Positions 48,942-59,424 of a stretch of 64,000 nt of DNA are shown in pieces. This DNA is from a virus, in the IMG/VR virus record IMGVR_UViG_3300032893_000010, positions 32,001-96,000 of that record. One strand, 5' to 3'. The notes beneath the pieces are model-generated. The model ran no database searches. It saw nothing but the letters and a program-made list of their open reading frames with translations, and was not told the DNA's origin. How positions within the stretch are numbered: the first letter of the stretch is position 1; the number at the start of each line of letters is the position of its first letter. Made by a program: the position numbers and the translations under genes.

Positions 48942-50755
48942 TTATAGCTGCCTTTCTGCGTTTACCCTGCTGGATACCGTGGTCATGATTATCCTGTTAC
49001 CGTCTGATTCCAGGCTTTCTATCCACTGGTTTTCCAGTCCTAGTAGTTGCATCAGGTCTTTATGCGAGATGATATGCGTATACCTCATTGTTGTCTTTAT
49101 TACTGGCATCTCAGTAGTCGCCACTCCTTGTTTTTGATCACTCTCTGTATATAAAAATAGGTGAAAACAGGTCGAAGTACAGCCTTTTCACCTATATGAA
49201 TGAACGATTTTCGTGACTTAGAGTGATTTTATCTCCCTTTTCGCCTCTTCCCGGTGCAGTAAGGGGCACCGCAGTCTTCACTGCATATGCAGCTTCCTCT
49301 TACGGGGTTCTTCCATCTGCATGACGGGGCAGTTGTTGTTCACGATATATCACTCCCATCCGGAGAACATGGTTACCATGACCAGGTATATTATGTATCC
49401 CAGCAGTCCGGCACCTGCGAGGGCGGCTATTATCTCATATAGCATTCATCCTCCTGCTTATGCTCCTGTTCTCTGCATCGCACCACTTGTTATGTGCCTT
49501 GATAGTACATGGGGTCACCAGGTACTTGGCTTCGGGGAACAGGTAGTGATTCCAGTATCTTATGTGCTTAAGGTAGTTTTTCCTTGCTTTCCTTCTGCTC
49601 ACTGTATTCCTCTGAGTCTCTTGCGTCTCTTTTCATGATTTTCCGTCCATGAGAGATGGAGATCACCGACAAGATCACAATTCTCGTGCCACATATCGTT
49701 TTCGCCAGGTTTGAGATACATCAGTTTAATTAAACCTGATTCAAGGTGACTGCTTAGGATTTCTATCTCAGGGTTAGTCAGAACAGTCAGCCACGGATAT
49801 TCGTCGTTTCCCATCATTCTCCCCGCATCATGGTTATGTCAATCCTGTATTCCTCGAATCCGTCAGGATCGTTCTGTATTAGCTGGTACTTAGCTCCTGG
49901 TTCGTCTTTTTCCATCATGGCAGCGAAAGAGCTGTTATCTACTTCTATGATGAGTTTCATCTACGCTCCCTATCTGCGCTTTCACTCTCATGTTGCCGTG
50001 TCTGTCCATGTGATGTCTCAGGTTTCTCATCTCATGGTCCTTATCAGTATCAGTACGGCGAGTACGACGAAGAACGCCGCATTCCCGCACCACAGGATGA
50101 GAAACTGGACCAGGATCTGATGGGATATTGCAGCATTGGTCACCATCTACCAGAACACCTGTCCCCTTACAAGATCACACCATCCCGCGTGCATCCCAGG
50201 ATGGTTACTGTTCCTGTCGCAGATCACTGTCTCTTCCTTGTCCTGTATCTCGAATGTCTTCTTATTCCCGCATAATGCCATCAGTACACCACCCATGCGT
50301 CTATGATGTCTTCTCGCTTGTCAAGCTCTGACACTTTCAGCAGGGCTTCATCCATGCTGCTGAACGTATCAGGCCAGTACTTATATTCACCATCATCGGT
50401 CTGGTATCCTACCGTGAAGCTTGACCTGGCCATGTTTTTCCTCCTAGGAAAGGGATTTGGCCAATGATGCAAAAGCGGTCGCTGCCATGGACCAGAACAC
50501 CCATAGCATGGGCGTGTTAGTCCCGTAACCCGTGAAGCACAGGCTTACGACTGCTGTTATGGTCGCTAGCACGAATATCACTGCGGCAGCGACATGCCTG
50601 CGCATCCTGTGAAGTGCCCAGTTAAGTACTGAAGAAGCTACGTAAACCTCTGCCGCTTTCTCCAGTATCGAACTGTCTTCGTCCCTGGTGTAGGGGACGT
50701 GGTTATCTCCGATATCCATTGTTCCTCCCTTGGCTGGTTCCCCCCACGATACCAC
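48942..50755 (-). CDS. Small leftward hypothetical genes (48942-49124, 49599-49817, 50281-~50433, 50444-~50720 membrane)
   Basis: ORF track and minus-strand RBSs; leftward promoter TTGACA-N17-TATCGT at 50774-50746. Confidence 0.55.
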
Positions 50756-50787
50756 GGGAGAGAACCGATGTCAAGGGGTTTCCGTGA

Positions 50788-51177
50788 CTATTCTGAGAGG
50801 ATGCGACCATATTTTTCAGTGAGGAGAAGATCCTTCACAGTTAGCCTTTTACCGGCAGGATGCCTTTCCATGGCTTTTGCCCTGTTAAATTCTTCCCACT
50901 CTTCCCTTGTCCTGTAATTGACGGCTTCTTTCGCTTTCTTATCATTTACCTCGATGATCCTGCGAGTTTTAGCGCCGAGAGATTCAACAAGGTTTTCCAG
51001 TGCCCTCTTTGATGCAAGTAGCCTTCCTAGTTCAGGATCATTGATATCATCAGGCATCCTCGATGAAGAACCGCTGCCATAGAGGGTGAACTCTTCAGAT
51101 TCATAGCGGACCTTGGCAACTGTCCTGGTTCCGTCAGACAGGGTTTCAACATGAATTTCAATAGGATGGTAGCTCAT
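50788..51177 (-). CDS. DUF1876 (Rv2632c-like) protein
   Basis: TVAKV...GSGSSSRMPDD..DPELG.LLA..RAL..L. Confidence 0.7.
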   Translation of the reverse strand: MSYHPIEIHVETLSDGTRTVAKVRYESEEFTLYGSGSSSRMPDDINDPELGRLLASKRALENLVESLGAKTRRIIEVNDKKAKEAVNYRTREEWEEFNRAKAMERHPAGKRLTVKDLLLTEKYGRILSE

Positions 51178-51189
51178 TTTATTTCTCCT

Positions 51190-52645
51190 TTATGCTTCTA
51201 CCAGCATAGCGTTAAACGGGTCTTCTGGCTTCCTTGGCCGGATGTGGTAGAAGACGCTTACGACATTTCCTGTCTTCTCATCCTTGTCTGCTTGCTTCAC
51301 TACGATCCACTTCTCCCCGAAATCAGCCATATCATCAGGGAACATGGACAGCCATACATCAACGAAAGCCTGTACTTGTACTTGTACTTTCTCAGCACCG
51401 AACTGAGCGTGCGGCATCTAGCCTCCTTTCGGGTGAATCCCTTTTCTCAGGTAAAGACGAGCGCCAGGATGAAACTGCCTGAACTGGTCTCTTGTCAGCA
51501 ACCTGAGAGTCTTGTCAAGATACCGGACCATCCTGACTCCCATATAGGATAAACCTATTTCTTCGTCATCTGTGGTCTGGATTATCTTGGCGAACCAGTG
51601 TATCCCGTTCTCGTCAATCCAGCAATCTTCCAGTTCTATGTCAGAGACCTTCATCTGCTTCTATCACATCCGCGATTTCAGGCAAGGATAGCGGACCTTC
51701 GCCAGTAAGACCTTCATCATTCAGGTAGGTAAGACGGAAAAGACCGTCCCTGTACCTGACTTCTGGATCATTCTGGCCTATCCCCGCGTAGGCCATGGCT
51801 GCCTCCGTGAGCACTGTCACCTGATAACCGTCTTCCAGGATGTCAGACTTAGCGCTAGGGTCTGCATAACCATATATCTCACTGTTATCAACCAGCACAG
51901 GCTGAGGCTGGCAACCAGCATCTGAGCATTGCTGGTTGAGCACGTCAAGACAGCACTGTCTTCCTTTGCTGTCTCTCAGTATCCCGTGACCCTGAACCAG
52001 GTCAGGGTTCCTCAGGTTCTCTATCCAGAGTTTCTTCACTTCAGGAATCATAGGCATTGTTTACCTCCTTACTTCAGGTTGTTACCTTTGCGGTATACGA
52101 GAACAGGGGTTTTTGTCTTGACTTCATCAAGATAATAAATATCATTGTTATCATCACGAGACATAGTTATCTTGGTGAAGTAGTATTCTTTTCCGTTTTT
52201 ATCCCTCCACACGTCTCCTCGCTGTGGCGGCCAATGCTCAGGATTCTCCTGTACTGGCCTGGTTACAGAATCGATAAGATACGCAAATCGCTCGTTCGGG
52301 AAACGAGCGAAATCGGAGTTCCAATCTCCGTTAGTGTCATAAAAACCTACGCTAACTCTTCTTACAACCTGGTCGACTATGACATCTCTGTAGATGCGAA
52401 CCTTATCTCCAGGCTTCAGGTCATGGAAACCAATAGTCTTTGAAACTTGAGTAGCAGTCTTTTCTTTCGTCTCATCAATCTTGGTAGTAACGAATCCTGG
52501 GAGACCATCAGGATTCGTGTCAAGACGGTAAGTCCTGTTATCCTTAGTCGTATATGTTCCGACCCACGGATTAACGGAGTATACTTCCACATCTCTTGTG
52601 ATCCGCAGCTTATCACCCTTCTTCAGTCGCCTTATATCAGTAACC

Positions 52646-52656
<11 letters not shown>
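51190..52656 (-). CDS. Leftward hypothetical genes (51190-51417, 51418-51654, 51641-52057, 52069-52656)
   Basis: ORF track, contiguous with RBSs; 52069 has two LK.GDK.RI.RDV repeats. Confidence 0.7.
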
Positions 52657-52871
<215 letters not shown>

Positions 52872-52910
52872 ATGCATACCTCCTGAGTCGCAAGCATGGA
52901 GTATACGTGC

Positions 52911-53005
52911 ATCATATACCCGCCGCCGCCCTGGTGTCAAGACCCTGGAGAGATTTAGATTTTTCCGTCGTCCCTCTTGACAGCCGGGCACCCCCATGGT
53001 AACGT
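52911..53005. promoter_or_regulatory. Back-to-back divergent promoters
   Basis: Minus TTGACA(52940)-N18-TATGAT; plus TTGACA(52977)-N17-TAACGT. Confidence 0.75.
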
Positions 53006-53186
53006 CTTACCACAGTGATACCGGCGGTTATATACGTCGTATATTCAGATATTGATATTCAGTTACTACGATATAACTACATGATAAGGAATAATAATGA
53101 GTAATAAGAAAGCAGGACCTGTTATCTTCGCAGTAATGCTGGTACTACTGCTAGTACTAACCTGCCTATTCAGTTAGGAAATAAAT

Positions 53187-53396
53187 ATGGTATTCGTACT
53201 TGAGTTCATACTAGCTCCTATACTATGGTTGTTCAAGAAGTTTCCTAAAGCTGCACTGGGAATACTGATGATAGTAGCTTTCGGTGGCACTGGCGGTATC
53301 TTGATGGTGCATGATATCGGGGCGAATATAGTAAGAGACGTGTGCATAGCTATCTCAGGTCATCCTGGCTGCATTCACATGCCTTTGAGGAAGTAG
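53187..53396 (+). CDS. Small membrane protein
   Basis: Two hydrophobic segments. Confidence 0.6.
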   Translation: MVFVLEFILAPILWLFKKFPKAALGILMIVAFGGTGGILMVHDIGANIVRDVCIAISGHPGCIHMPLRK

Positions 53397-53826
53397 GAGG
53401 AAACATGCCTTATTGCCGTGCTCATGCAGATCTCGTCACAGGAGGAGAACTGAATTGCCATCTTGATGAAGGTCATGAAACTCTCCTGGAGTTTCATTAC
53501 GATAAGATTGAGGATAAAGAGTGGAGAGAGGGAAGAGTTCCTGCTCCCGTTCCTTACACTCCTACTGGTCCAATACCTAAGATTAAGGTTGAGAAAACCT
53601 GGAAGCTTGCTGGTCAGGCAGATAAAGTCACTTTGTGAGGCGAATATGCTTAATCCGTTTAAGAAAAAGTGGGAAGTGTACGGATATACCGGAGCTGTAG
53701 CTAACAGCAAAGGGGAGGTTTACGGGAGGTTCAGGAGATATCAGAACGCCATTTCCTTTGCAAAGGAAATGAATGCTTTCAGTTCTGATTTCTTCGAGGG
53801 CAGGCATTTCATGGTAAGGAGGATAC

Positions 53827-54297
53827 ATGGTGCATAAAAGACCTGAAGCTTTCATCTGCGACATCGATGGCACTATCGCAGATCACGGAGATGAGGAAAG
53901 CGGTCTCATCAGAGGTCACTATGAGTATGACAAGGTGAAGTTCGACCGTCCGAAGCCTGAGGTTATCAGGGTCGTCAGGATTCTGTCGAAGGAACTTCAG
54001 CCTATCTTCGTATCAGGAAGGATGGATGAATCTGCTAATCCGGTGAGGATCGATACAGTTCACTGGATCAAGAGTAATGTGTGGCCGTACGACATCAATC
54101 CTCAGTGGCCTTTGTTCATGAGAGCTGACGGTGATTACAGAGCAGATTACGTGATAAAGGAAGAGATCTTCACTAAGCTGATTGAGCCTCGGTGGAATGT
54201 GAGGTTCGCTATTGATGACAGGCTTCAGGTATGCCGGATGTGGCATAGGATAGGAGTCCCTGTGTTCAGGGTGGGAGATCCTGATGCAGTCTTTTAA
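53827..54297 (+). CDS. Polynucleotide kinase-type HAD 3'-phosphatase domain
   Basis: DIDGT, VSGR, MRADGDYRAD..IKEEI, IDDRLQV..MW. Confidence 0.9.
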   Translation: MVHKRPEAFICDIDGTIADHGDEESGLIRGHYEYDKVKFDRPKPEVIRVVRILSKELQPIFVSGRMDESANPVRIDTVHWIKSNVWPYDINPQWPLFMRADGDYRADYVIKEEIFTKLIEPRWNVRFAIDDRLQVCRMWHRIGVPVFRVGDPDAVF

Positions 54298-54467
54298 GTC
54301 AGTTAAGTTATCTCTGCTTCAGGTCAGGTCTGACCTGAATGACATAATAGAGGAGCTGAGCAGTATAGACAAGTACGACCTGTCTGACGCAGAGATATAC
54401 GTATCTGATGCTGTTGACATGATAGAAATGGCACTTGACGTGCTTTAACCTGGCATAAGGAGGGAGA

Positions 54468-54872
54468 ATGAGGAAGCTGGGAGGGTGGCTCATGCTCATA
54501 TTCATAGGATACGGGTTCGCCCAGAATCCTGGAGCGTTCCACCAGCTCATGAGCAGTATGGGAAAAGCCGCTAAATCTCATGGCATATCAGAAGCATATG
54601 TGACGATCTCTTCTTTCCAGCAGTGTGTTATCTCCAGGGAATCTGGGGGTGACTCTACTGTGTGGAACAATCAGGGTTATCCCTATTGGGGCTTGTATCA
54701 GTTCGGTAAGCCTTTGTGGGTGGGTAATGGGGGTAACCCTGATGACTGGGGTAAATCATCTACGTCAGCAGCAGAGCAGACAAGGATATTCGATAACGTA
54801 ATGAGTCATTACGGAGGGTGCAAGAACTGGACTCCTTCTGATGGCTGTCCAGATCCTTCGAATGGATGCTAA
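54468..54872 (+). CDS. Rpf-like (resuscitation-promoting factor) transglycosylase
   Basis: N-terminal hydrophobic segment; CVISRESGG, GLYQF...W...GG, AEQ, W...C. Confidence 0.8.
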   Translation: MRKLGGWLMLIFIGYGFAQNPGAFHQLMSSMGKAAKSHGISEAYVTISSFQQCVISRESGGDSTVWNNQGYPYWGLYQFGKPLWVGNGGNPDDWGKSSTSAAEQTRIFDNVMSHYGGCKNWTPSDGCPDPSNGC

Positions 54873-54925
54873 GACTCCTATGCTATGCTAGTATCAGATT
54901 TCAAATGGCATAGCATAGGAGAAAC

Positions 54926-55732
54926 ATGACAGCAGAACACATTCAGTACATACCTGAGATCGTAATACCGGAGATGAGGCTAGGCCGTCATATTCACTTA
55001 GAAGCGAATAGGATGGCTGTTCCTCATGCTGGTCCGGCTCAGGCAGTAACAAGCAAGACATGGGCAAGAGATATCCCTATCTTAAACCAGGGCAATGTAG
55101 GCTCATGCACAGGTAATGCGATGGATGGAGCGCTGGGAACAACACCAGTATTCCAGACTTTGCCATCAAACCATCCTGCATTAGATGAAAACGAAGCACT
55201 TAACCTTTATTCAGCAGCGGAAGTTATCGACGGTGACGGTCCTTATCCTCCTAACGATAACGGTTCTACAGGTCCGTCAGTAGCTCAGGCGGCTCAGAAT
55301 GCCGGACTTATCAAGGGATATAACCATTACAAAGACTTAAATTCTACGTTACAGTCGCTGATGAACGGCCCAGTAATAATAGGAATGAACTGGTATTCAT
55401 CGTTTGATACACCTGCTGCGGATGGAACGGTTGCCATCACAGCAGATGCTTATGTAAGAGGCGGTCACGAGGTTCTTGCTCGTGTGGTTGATGTAACTAA
55501 CCAGATGATCGGTTTTGATAATTCGTGGGGAACAAGCTGGGGAGTTAACGGTTCTTTCAAGATGAGTTATGCGACTCTGACTCAGCTTCTCTCGGAAGGA
55601 GGAGATTGTACTTCTTTCATTCCTCTAGCAGCACCATCACCGACTCCTAATCCTCCGAAGCCTAAGCCAAAGCCTAATAAGCCATCGTGGTTCGATGAGT
55701 TCATCAAATGGATTGAATCGTTTTTCGCTTAA
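54926..55732 (+). CDS. Papain-like (C1) cysteine peptidase
   Basis: LNQGNVGSCTGNA, GGHEV, NSWGTSWGVNG; Pro-rich linker and amphipathic tail. Confidence 0.9.
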   Translation: MTAEHIQYIPEIVIPEMRLGRHIHLEANRMAVPHAGPAQAVTSKTWARDIPILNQGNVGSCTGNAMDGALGTTPVFQTLPSNHPALDENEALNLYSAAEVIDGDGPYPPNDNGSTGPSVAQAAQNAGLIKGYNHYKDLNSTLQSLMNGPVIIGMNWYSSFDTPAADGTVAITADAYVRGGHEVLARVVDVTNQMIGFDNSWGTSWGVNGSFKMSYATLTQLLSEGGDCTSFIPLAAPSPTPNPPKPKPKPNKPSWFDEFIKWIESFFA

Positions 55733-55852
55733 GATTATCAACTCAGTCAAGCCCTGGTATGAAAGCCAAGGCTTCACTTTTAAGGAGGGTATACATGAGT
55801 GTTATGGCAGAACCAGAACCGGTAAGTAAGACTTATACTTAAGGAGGAGTAA

Positions 55853-56689
55853 ATGAAGTTTCAGGCGAGTAATACAACAGCCATAAACCCCATTATGGCT
55901 AGAGAAATTCTCTCAAATGCTATTAGGAACAGACCAATCAAGAAGAAGAAGGTTGAGGAATTTCGTTCATTTATGGAAGGCAGGAAGTTCGGAACCTCTC
56001 TGCTCGTTTTCAATAGTTCGGATCAGCTAGTATCTGGTTTTCATAGGATGACTGCTTTGTCGGAACTTCCAGAGGATGTTTTCGTAAACTTTGCTATCGC
56101 TTATGACGATGATGACCTGGCTAGCATCAGGCAGAATTCCGGTTCTCCAGAAACAGCAAGAGAGCAGGCTAAGAGGAATGAGCTTCCATACGCAAACGAA
56201 AGGGCTGCGATTGCCAGAAAGCTCATCATCCTAGAACATAAGCTAGAGGGTAGGACTTATACCCCAGGCGCAGAGGAAATTTACACTGTAAGCCGTGATG
56301 AACCTTATATGGAAAGAGCTATTGAACATCTTAATGACTTCGATGGTCTTATTCCTTCACCTTCTATAGCATCTTATATAATTCTGGCAAGAGAGAACGA
56401 GGAAAAGACCGATCTTTTCTATTCTAGCTTGTCTACTGGTGCTGGTTTGGAGCTAGGTTCCCCAATTCTTGCAGTTAAAAACGGCCTGCCCGGAGTTAGG
56501 ACAAAGTTGCAAGGGACGTATAGGGACGCTCAATGCGGACAAATGATACTTAGGGGTTTCAGTGATTGGGTTTCTTCTAAGCAAGGACCAACCAGATATA
56601 ATGTTAAAGATGGTGTTTCCATTGCTGACGAAGTGAAGTTGCTGAGTAAGGTACTGAGTGTTCCGTGGACTAATATCTTAAGACCCTGA
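55853..56689 (+). CDS. Hypothetical protein with ParB-like N-terminus
   Basis: A.EIL...RNRPI...V..F...M, LVSGFHRM.A (cf. DGQHRL.A). Confidence 0.6.
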   Translation: MKFQASNTTAINPIMAREILSNAIRNRPIKKKKVEEFRSFMEGRKFGTSLLVFNSSDQLVSGFHRMTALSELPEDVFVNFAIAYDDDDLASIRQNSGSPETAREQAKRNELPYANERAAIARKLIILEHKLEGRTYTPGAEEIYTVSRDEPYMERAIEHLNDFDGLIPSPSIASYIILARENEEKTDLFYSSLSTGAGLELGSPILAVKNGLPGVRTKLQGTYRDAQCGQMILRGFSDWVSSKQGPTRYNVKDGVSIADEVKLLSKVLSVPWTNILRP

Positions 56690-56777
56690 TGTTATACTTA
56701 AGGAGGAAATATATGAGACATGAAAATTGCGGCTCTGGCTGCACGGATAATAAGTAAAAATTTCTGAATACAAGGTA

Positions 56778-56806
56778 TTGACTTTCCTTACCGGCTATGG
56801 TACTAT
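56778..56806 (+). promoter_or_regulatory. Promoter at the start of the tRNA region
   Basis: TTGACT-N17-TACTAT with extended -10 TG. Confidence 0.7.
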
Positions 56807-56947
56807 GTATCCTAGCCGGTTGGGAGAGAACACCGGCTTTAGCTCTAGAGAAAAACTCCAAGGTGGCGAGCGACAGGAAATATTGCAATATTTCCTGAGG
56901 TTGACCCTTAATCCGCTCTTGTGTCAAGGGAATGGGCACCAAAACAT

Positions 56948-57018
56948 TCTAGCGTCCGTTAACGGTAAACGAGCAGACTGTTAATCTGTCCCTCCTGGTT
57001 CGAATCCAGGTGCTAGAG
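56948..57018 (+). tRNA. tRNA-Asn(GTT)
   Basis: TCTAGCG/TGCTAGA acceptor; GCAGA-CTGTTAA-TCTGT; GTTCGAATCC. Confidence 0.85.
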
Positions 57019-57176
57019 CCCTGCCACGCCGGCTTCATATTAAGGAGGTAATATGATAAGTGATTATTTCATATTGGGAATATTTGCAGCATCAGTAGTT
57101 GTCTGGGTTGTAATATACATAATGAATAACAGGAATTCTCCCGGCCCTCCTCCCGAAGATAAGAGCGGTGGTTGGC

Positions 57177-57404
57177 GTGGTTAGATATGTGTATAAATGT
57201 ACTAACAAGCAATGCGATAATATAGAAGAGCGAGAATTCCCTATGGGAAAAGCGCCAGAAGAAGCGGATATCTGCCTTGACTGTGCCGCTGGTGCTCTGA
57301 TAAGAGCCTATGTTCCTGTAGCAGTTTCGTTCAAGGGCTCTGGTTTCTACAGGACAGACAATCCGAAGACGAAACATGTAAGTACTCAGATGGAAGTGAT
57401 ATAA
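57177..57404 (+). CDS. FmdB-family zinc-ribbon protein
   Basis: Y.YKC...C...E, C..C, FKGSGFY.TD. Confidence 0.85.
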   Translation: MVRYVYKCTNKQCDNIEEREFPMGKAPEEADICLDCAAGALIRAYVPVAVSFKGSGFYRTDNPKTKHVSTQMEVI

Positions 57405-57425
57405 GCTGTTCAACAGCTTATACGT

Positions 57426-57501
57426 GCCGCATTAACTCAGTCAGGCCAGAGTAGCGCTCTTGTAAAGCGAAAGTCGGTGGGTTCAAATCCCTCATGCGGC
57501 T
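57426..57501 (+). tRNA. tRNA-Thr(TGT)
   Basis: GCCGCAT/ATGCGGC; CGCT-CTTGTAA-AGCG; GTTCAAATCC. Confidence 0.85.
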
Positions 57502-57542
57502 CTGTTTCTAGTTTGCCATTAATTGAAATAAGGTGGAAGACC

Positions 57543-57743
57543 ATGGACTTATTGAAAAATAGGGATAACGAGGATAAGCCACGTCGGGGCGACCGTGGGT
57601 ACAAGAAACTGAAGGAAGCGGCTGCGAGGCAGAATGAGATCAGGGATAACTACCTTGAGGAGCTGAAAAGGAAGGCTGGTAATCCTTCAAGATACGGCAG
57701 GCTGACAAGAGCCGAGCTTAAATATCTTAAAGAGCATGAATAG
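57543..57743 (+). CDS. Hypothetical basic protein
   Basis: MDLLKNRD... from the internal ATG of the tracked ORF. Confidence 0.55.
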   Translation: MDLLKNRDNEDKPRRGDRGYKKLKEAAARQNEIRDNYLEELKRKAGNPSRYGRLTRAELKYLKEHE

Positions 57744-58085
57744 GAGTTCCTATGTCTAGTGCTAAAAGGGGTGATAAGCGTCCGTGCAGATCTGCTTATC
57801 ACAGTGAGGGAAGGCGAGCTGTGAACAAGGCTCGTCGTATTACAAGATGCAACGGGGAAGGATACCTGAATTGGTGGAGAAGCAAGGGATACGCCGAGAG
57901 GGCGTAGCTGAAACGATAGCTGCTTTCATATGCGTCTGCCTGATCGTGGCAGGGTTGCTTTACCTGATAACCCATAATATTTCTTATCCCACTTAGGACT
58001 GTCATGAGTATTTTCTCTTCCCCTCAGAGAAGGGGAGCAATGCGTATTCATCGTAATAAGAAACGCAGGGAGGCGGAATTAAGGA

Positions 58086-58280
58086 ATGCAAGGAAGCAGA
58101 AAAGAGCAGATAGCGCGCCAGAGAAGAGTTCACCGCAGGAAGCAGCAGAATAAGACAATCGCGCTTCTGATCCTGTCTATCCTGTTTATAGCAATTATCG
58201 TCTTTGGTTATCTTATCACCCATAACCTGAATTACGCCCCTCGCATTGTTTACGTCCCTCATTTTATTCACAAATACTAA
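58086..58280 (+). CDS. Single-TM membrane protein
   Basis: Basic N-terminus, TM, YLITHN; paralog at 57874-57996. Confidence 0.65.
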   Translation: MQGSRKEQIARQRRVHRRKQQNKTIALLILSILFIAIIVFGYLITHNLNYAPRIVYVPHFIHKY

Positions 58281-58290
58281 AAAGAAGCTA

Positions 58291-58320
58291 TTGACATGTG
58301 ACGACTTCGCCTGGTAGGAT
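58291..58320 (+). promoter_or_regulatory. SigA/HrdB-type promoter
   Basis: TTGACA-N18-TAGGAT with extended -10 TG. Confidence 0.75.
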
Positions 58321-58332
58321 CAGGAGGTGCTG

Positions 58333-58494
58333 ATGAGAAAGATCAAGATCATACTCGCCGGGCTTATTGCCGCAGTAGCTATCACTGCCTGTTCAGGTGG
58401 TTACAACGGGTATGTAGTCCACCATCACTATTATCATCGGATTGTGCATGTGGTTCACGTAACTCATGTGCATCTGCATATTCACAAGCGTTAG
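58333..58494 (+). CDS. His-rich lipoprotein (53 aa)
   Basis: AGGAGG RBS; MRKIKIILAGLIAAVAITA-C lipobox; HHHYYHRIVHVVHVTHVHLHIHKR. Confidence 0.75.
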   Translation: MRKIKIILAGLIAAVAITACSGGYNGYVVHHHYYHRIVHVVHVTHVHLHIHKR

Positions 58495-58505
58495 CTTGTG
58501 AATGG

Positions 58506-58578
58506 TGCCGTATAGCTCAACTGGCAGGGCACAAGTCTTTGGTACTTGCGATTCTAGGTTCGAATCCTAGTGCGGCAG
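58506..58578 (+). tRNA. tRNA-Gln(TTG)
   Basis: TGCCGTA/TGCGGCA; CAAGT-CTTTGGT-ACTTG; CTAGG-TTCGAAT-CCTAG. Confidence 0.88.
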
Positions 58579-58831
58579 CTCCGGTAAATTTAAGGAGGTC
58601 ATCATGACAGAGAAAATTATCAGCTTCTTGATATGTGCGGGTATACTTATCTTTATATGGCTCCTCTGCGGAGGATGGATTCCTGTTTACGGATGGGGAT
58701 GGAAAATGAGTGAAGAACAAGAGGAATATGTTACCTGTACTGTATGCAAAGGCACTACGTTCTCTCCCTATGAGAACGGGAAGAAGTGCACTGCCTGCGG
58801 GTGGACAGGAAAGGTAAAGCGTAAGTAGCAT

Positions 58832-58915
58832 TCCCGTATAGTGTAATTGGCAACACACCTGGCTCTGAACCAGGAGACGGTCACGCTTGTTTTAGTTCGA
58901 ATCTAGATGCGGGAG
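58832..58915 (+). tRNA. tRNA-Gln(CTG) with long variable region
   Basis: TCCCGTA/TGCGGGA; CCTGG-CTCTGAA-CCAGG; 16-nt variable region. Confidence 0.8.
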
Positions 58916-59132
58916 CAAAAGGAAGGATGACATGGATGTTAAAGGAGTCATCGTCCTGGCTAATCTTATGGCCAGGCACAGGGAACATCTCGCTATCACA
59001 GCGGAGAATGACCCTAATCCTCGGATTAGGTGGGCTACCGTAAAGGCCAGGGCTCTCCAGGCCAGCAGTTCAGTGCAGAATCCTGTTCCTACTCTCCTTA
59101 AAAACAGGCAGGAAATTTCTGAATAAGGGATC

Positions 59133-59161
59133 TTGACATTCGGGGGTCCCTGTGATATTCT
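59133..59161 (+). promoter_or_regulatory. SigA/HrdB-type promoter
   Basis: TTGACA-N17-TATTCT with extended -10 TG. Confidence 0.75.
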
Positions 59162-59189
59162 TATATCAGATCGGCAATCAAAAGTAAAT

Positions 59190-59328
59190 AGGGAGCTGGC
59201 CAGGGTTTCCGTAGTGAGTCGGGTCACTAAAGGATGGTTGGTGTGACGCAGCTAATATAATCTGCTTAGGGGAAGGGCAGTAGTACTAAGGGTCGGTCGA
59301 TGTTAAGGCGTCAGGTAGCTAGCTCCCT
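59190..59328 (+). ncRNA. Candidate structured ncRNA
   Basis: AGGGAGCTGGC/GCTAGCTCCCT terminal stem, internal hairpins, directly after promoter. Confidence 0.5.
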
Positions 59329-59343
59329 CTCAATTAAATAACA

Positions 59344-59424
59344 TACGGATAGAGCTTAAATCCAGCCGGGCTGGAGATGGATTCCAAACCCATTAGCAAT
59401 GCGTTCGACTCGTACTAGCCGTGC
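59344..59424 (+). tRNA. Atypical tRNA-Trp(CCA)
   Basis: TTCCAAA anticodon loop; TGCG-TTCGACT-CGTA; 6-bp D-stem and extra linker. Confidence 0.55.
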
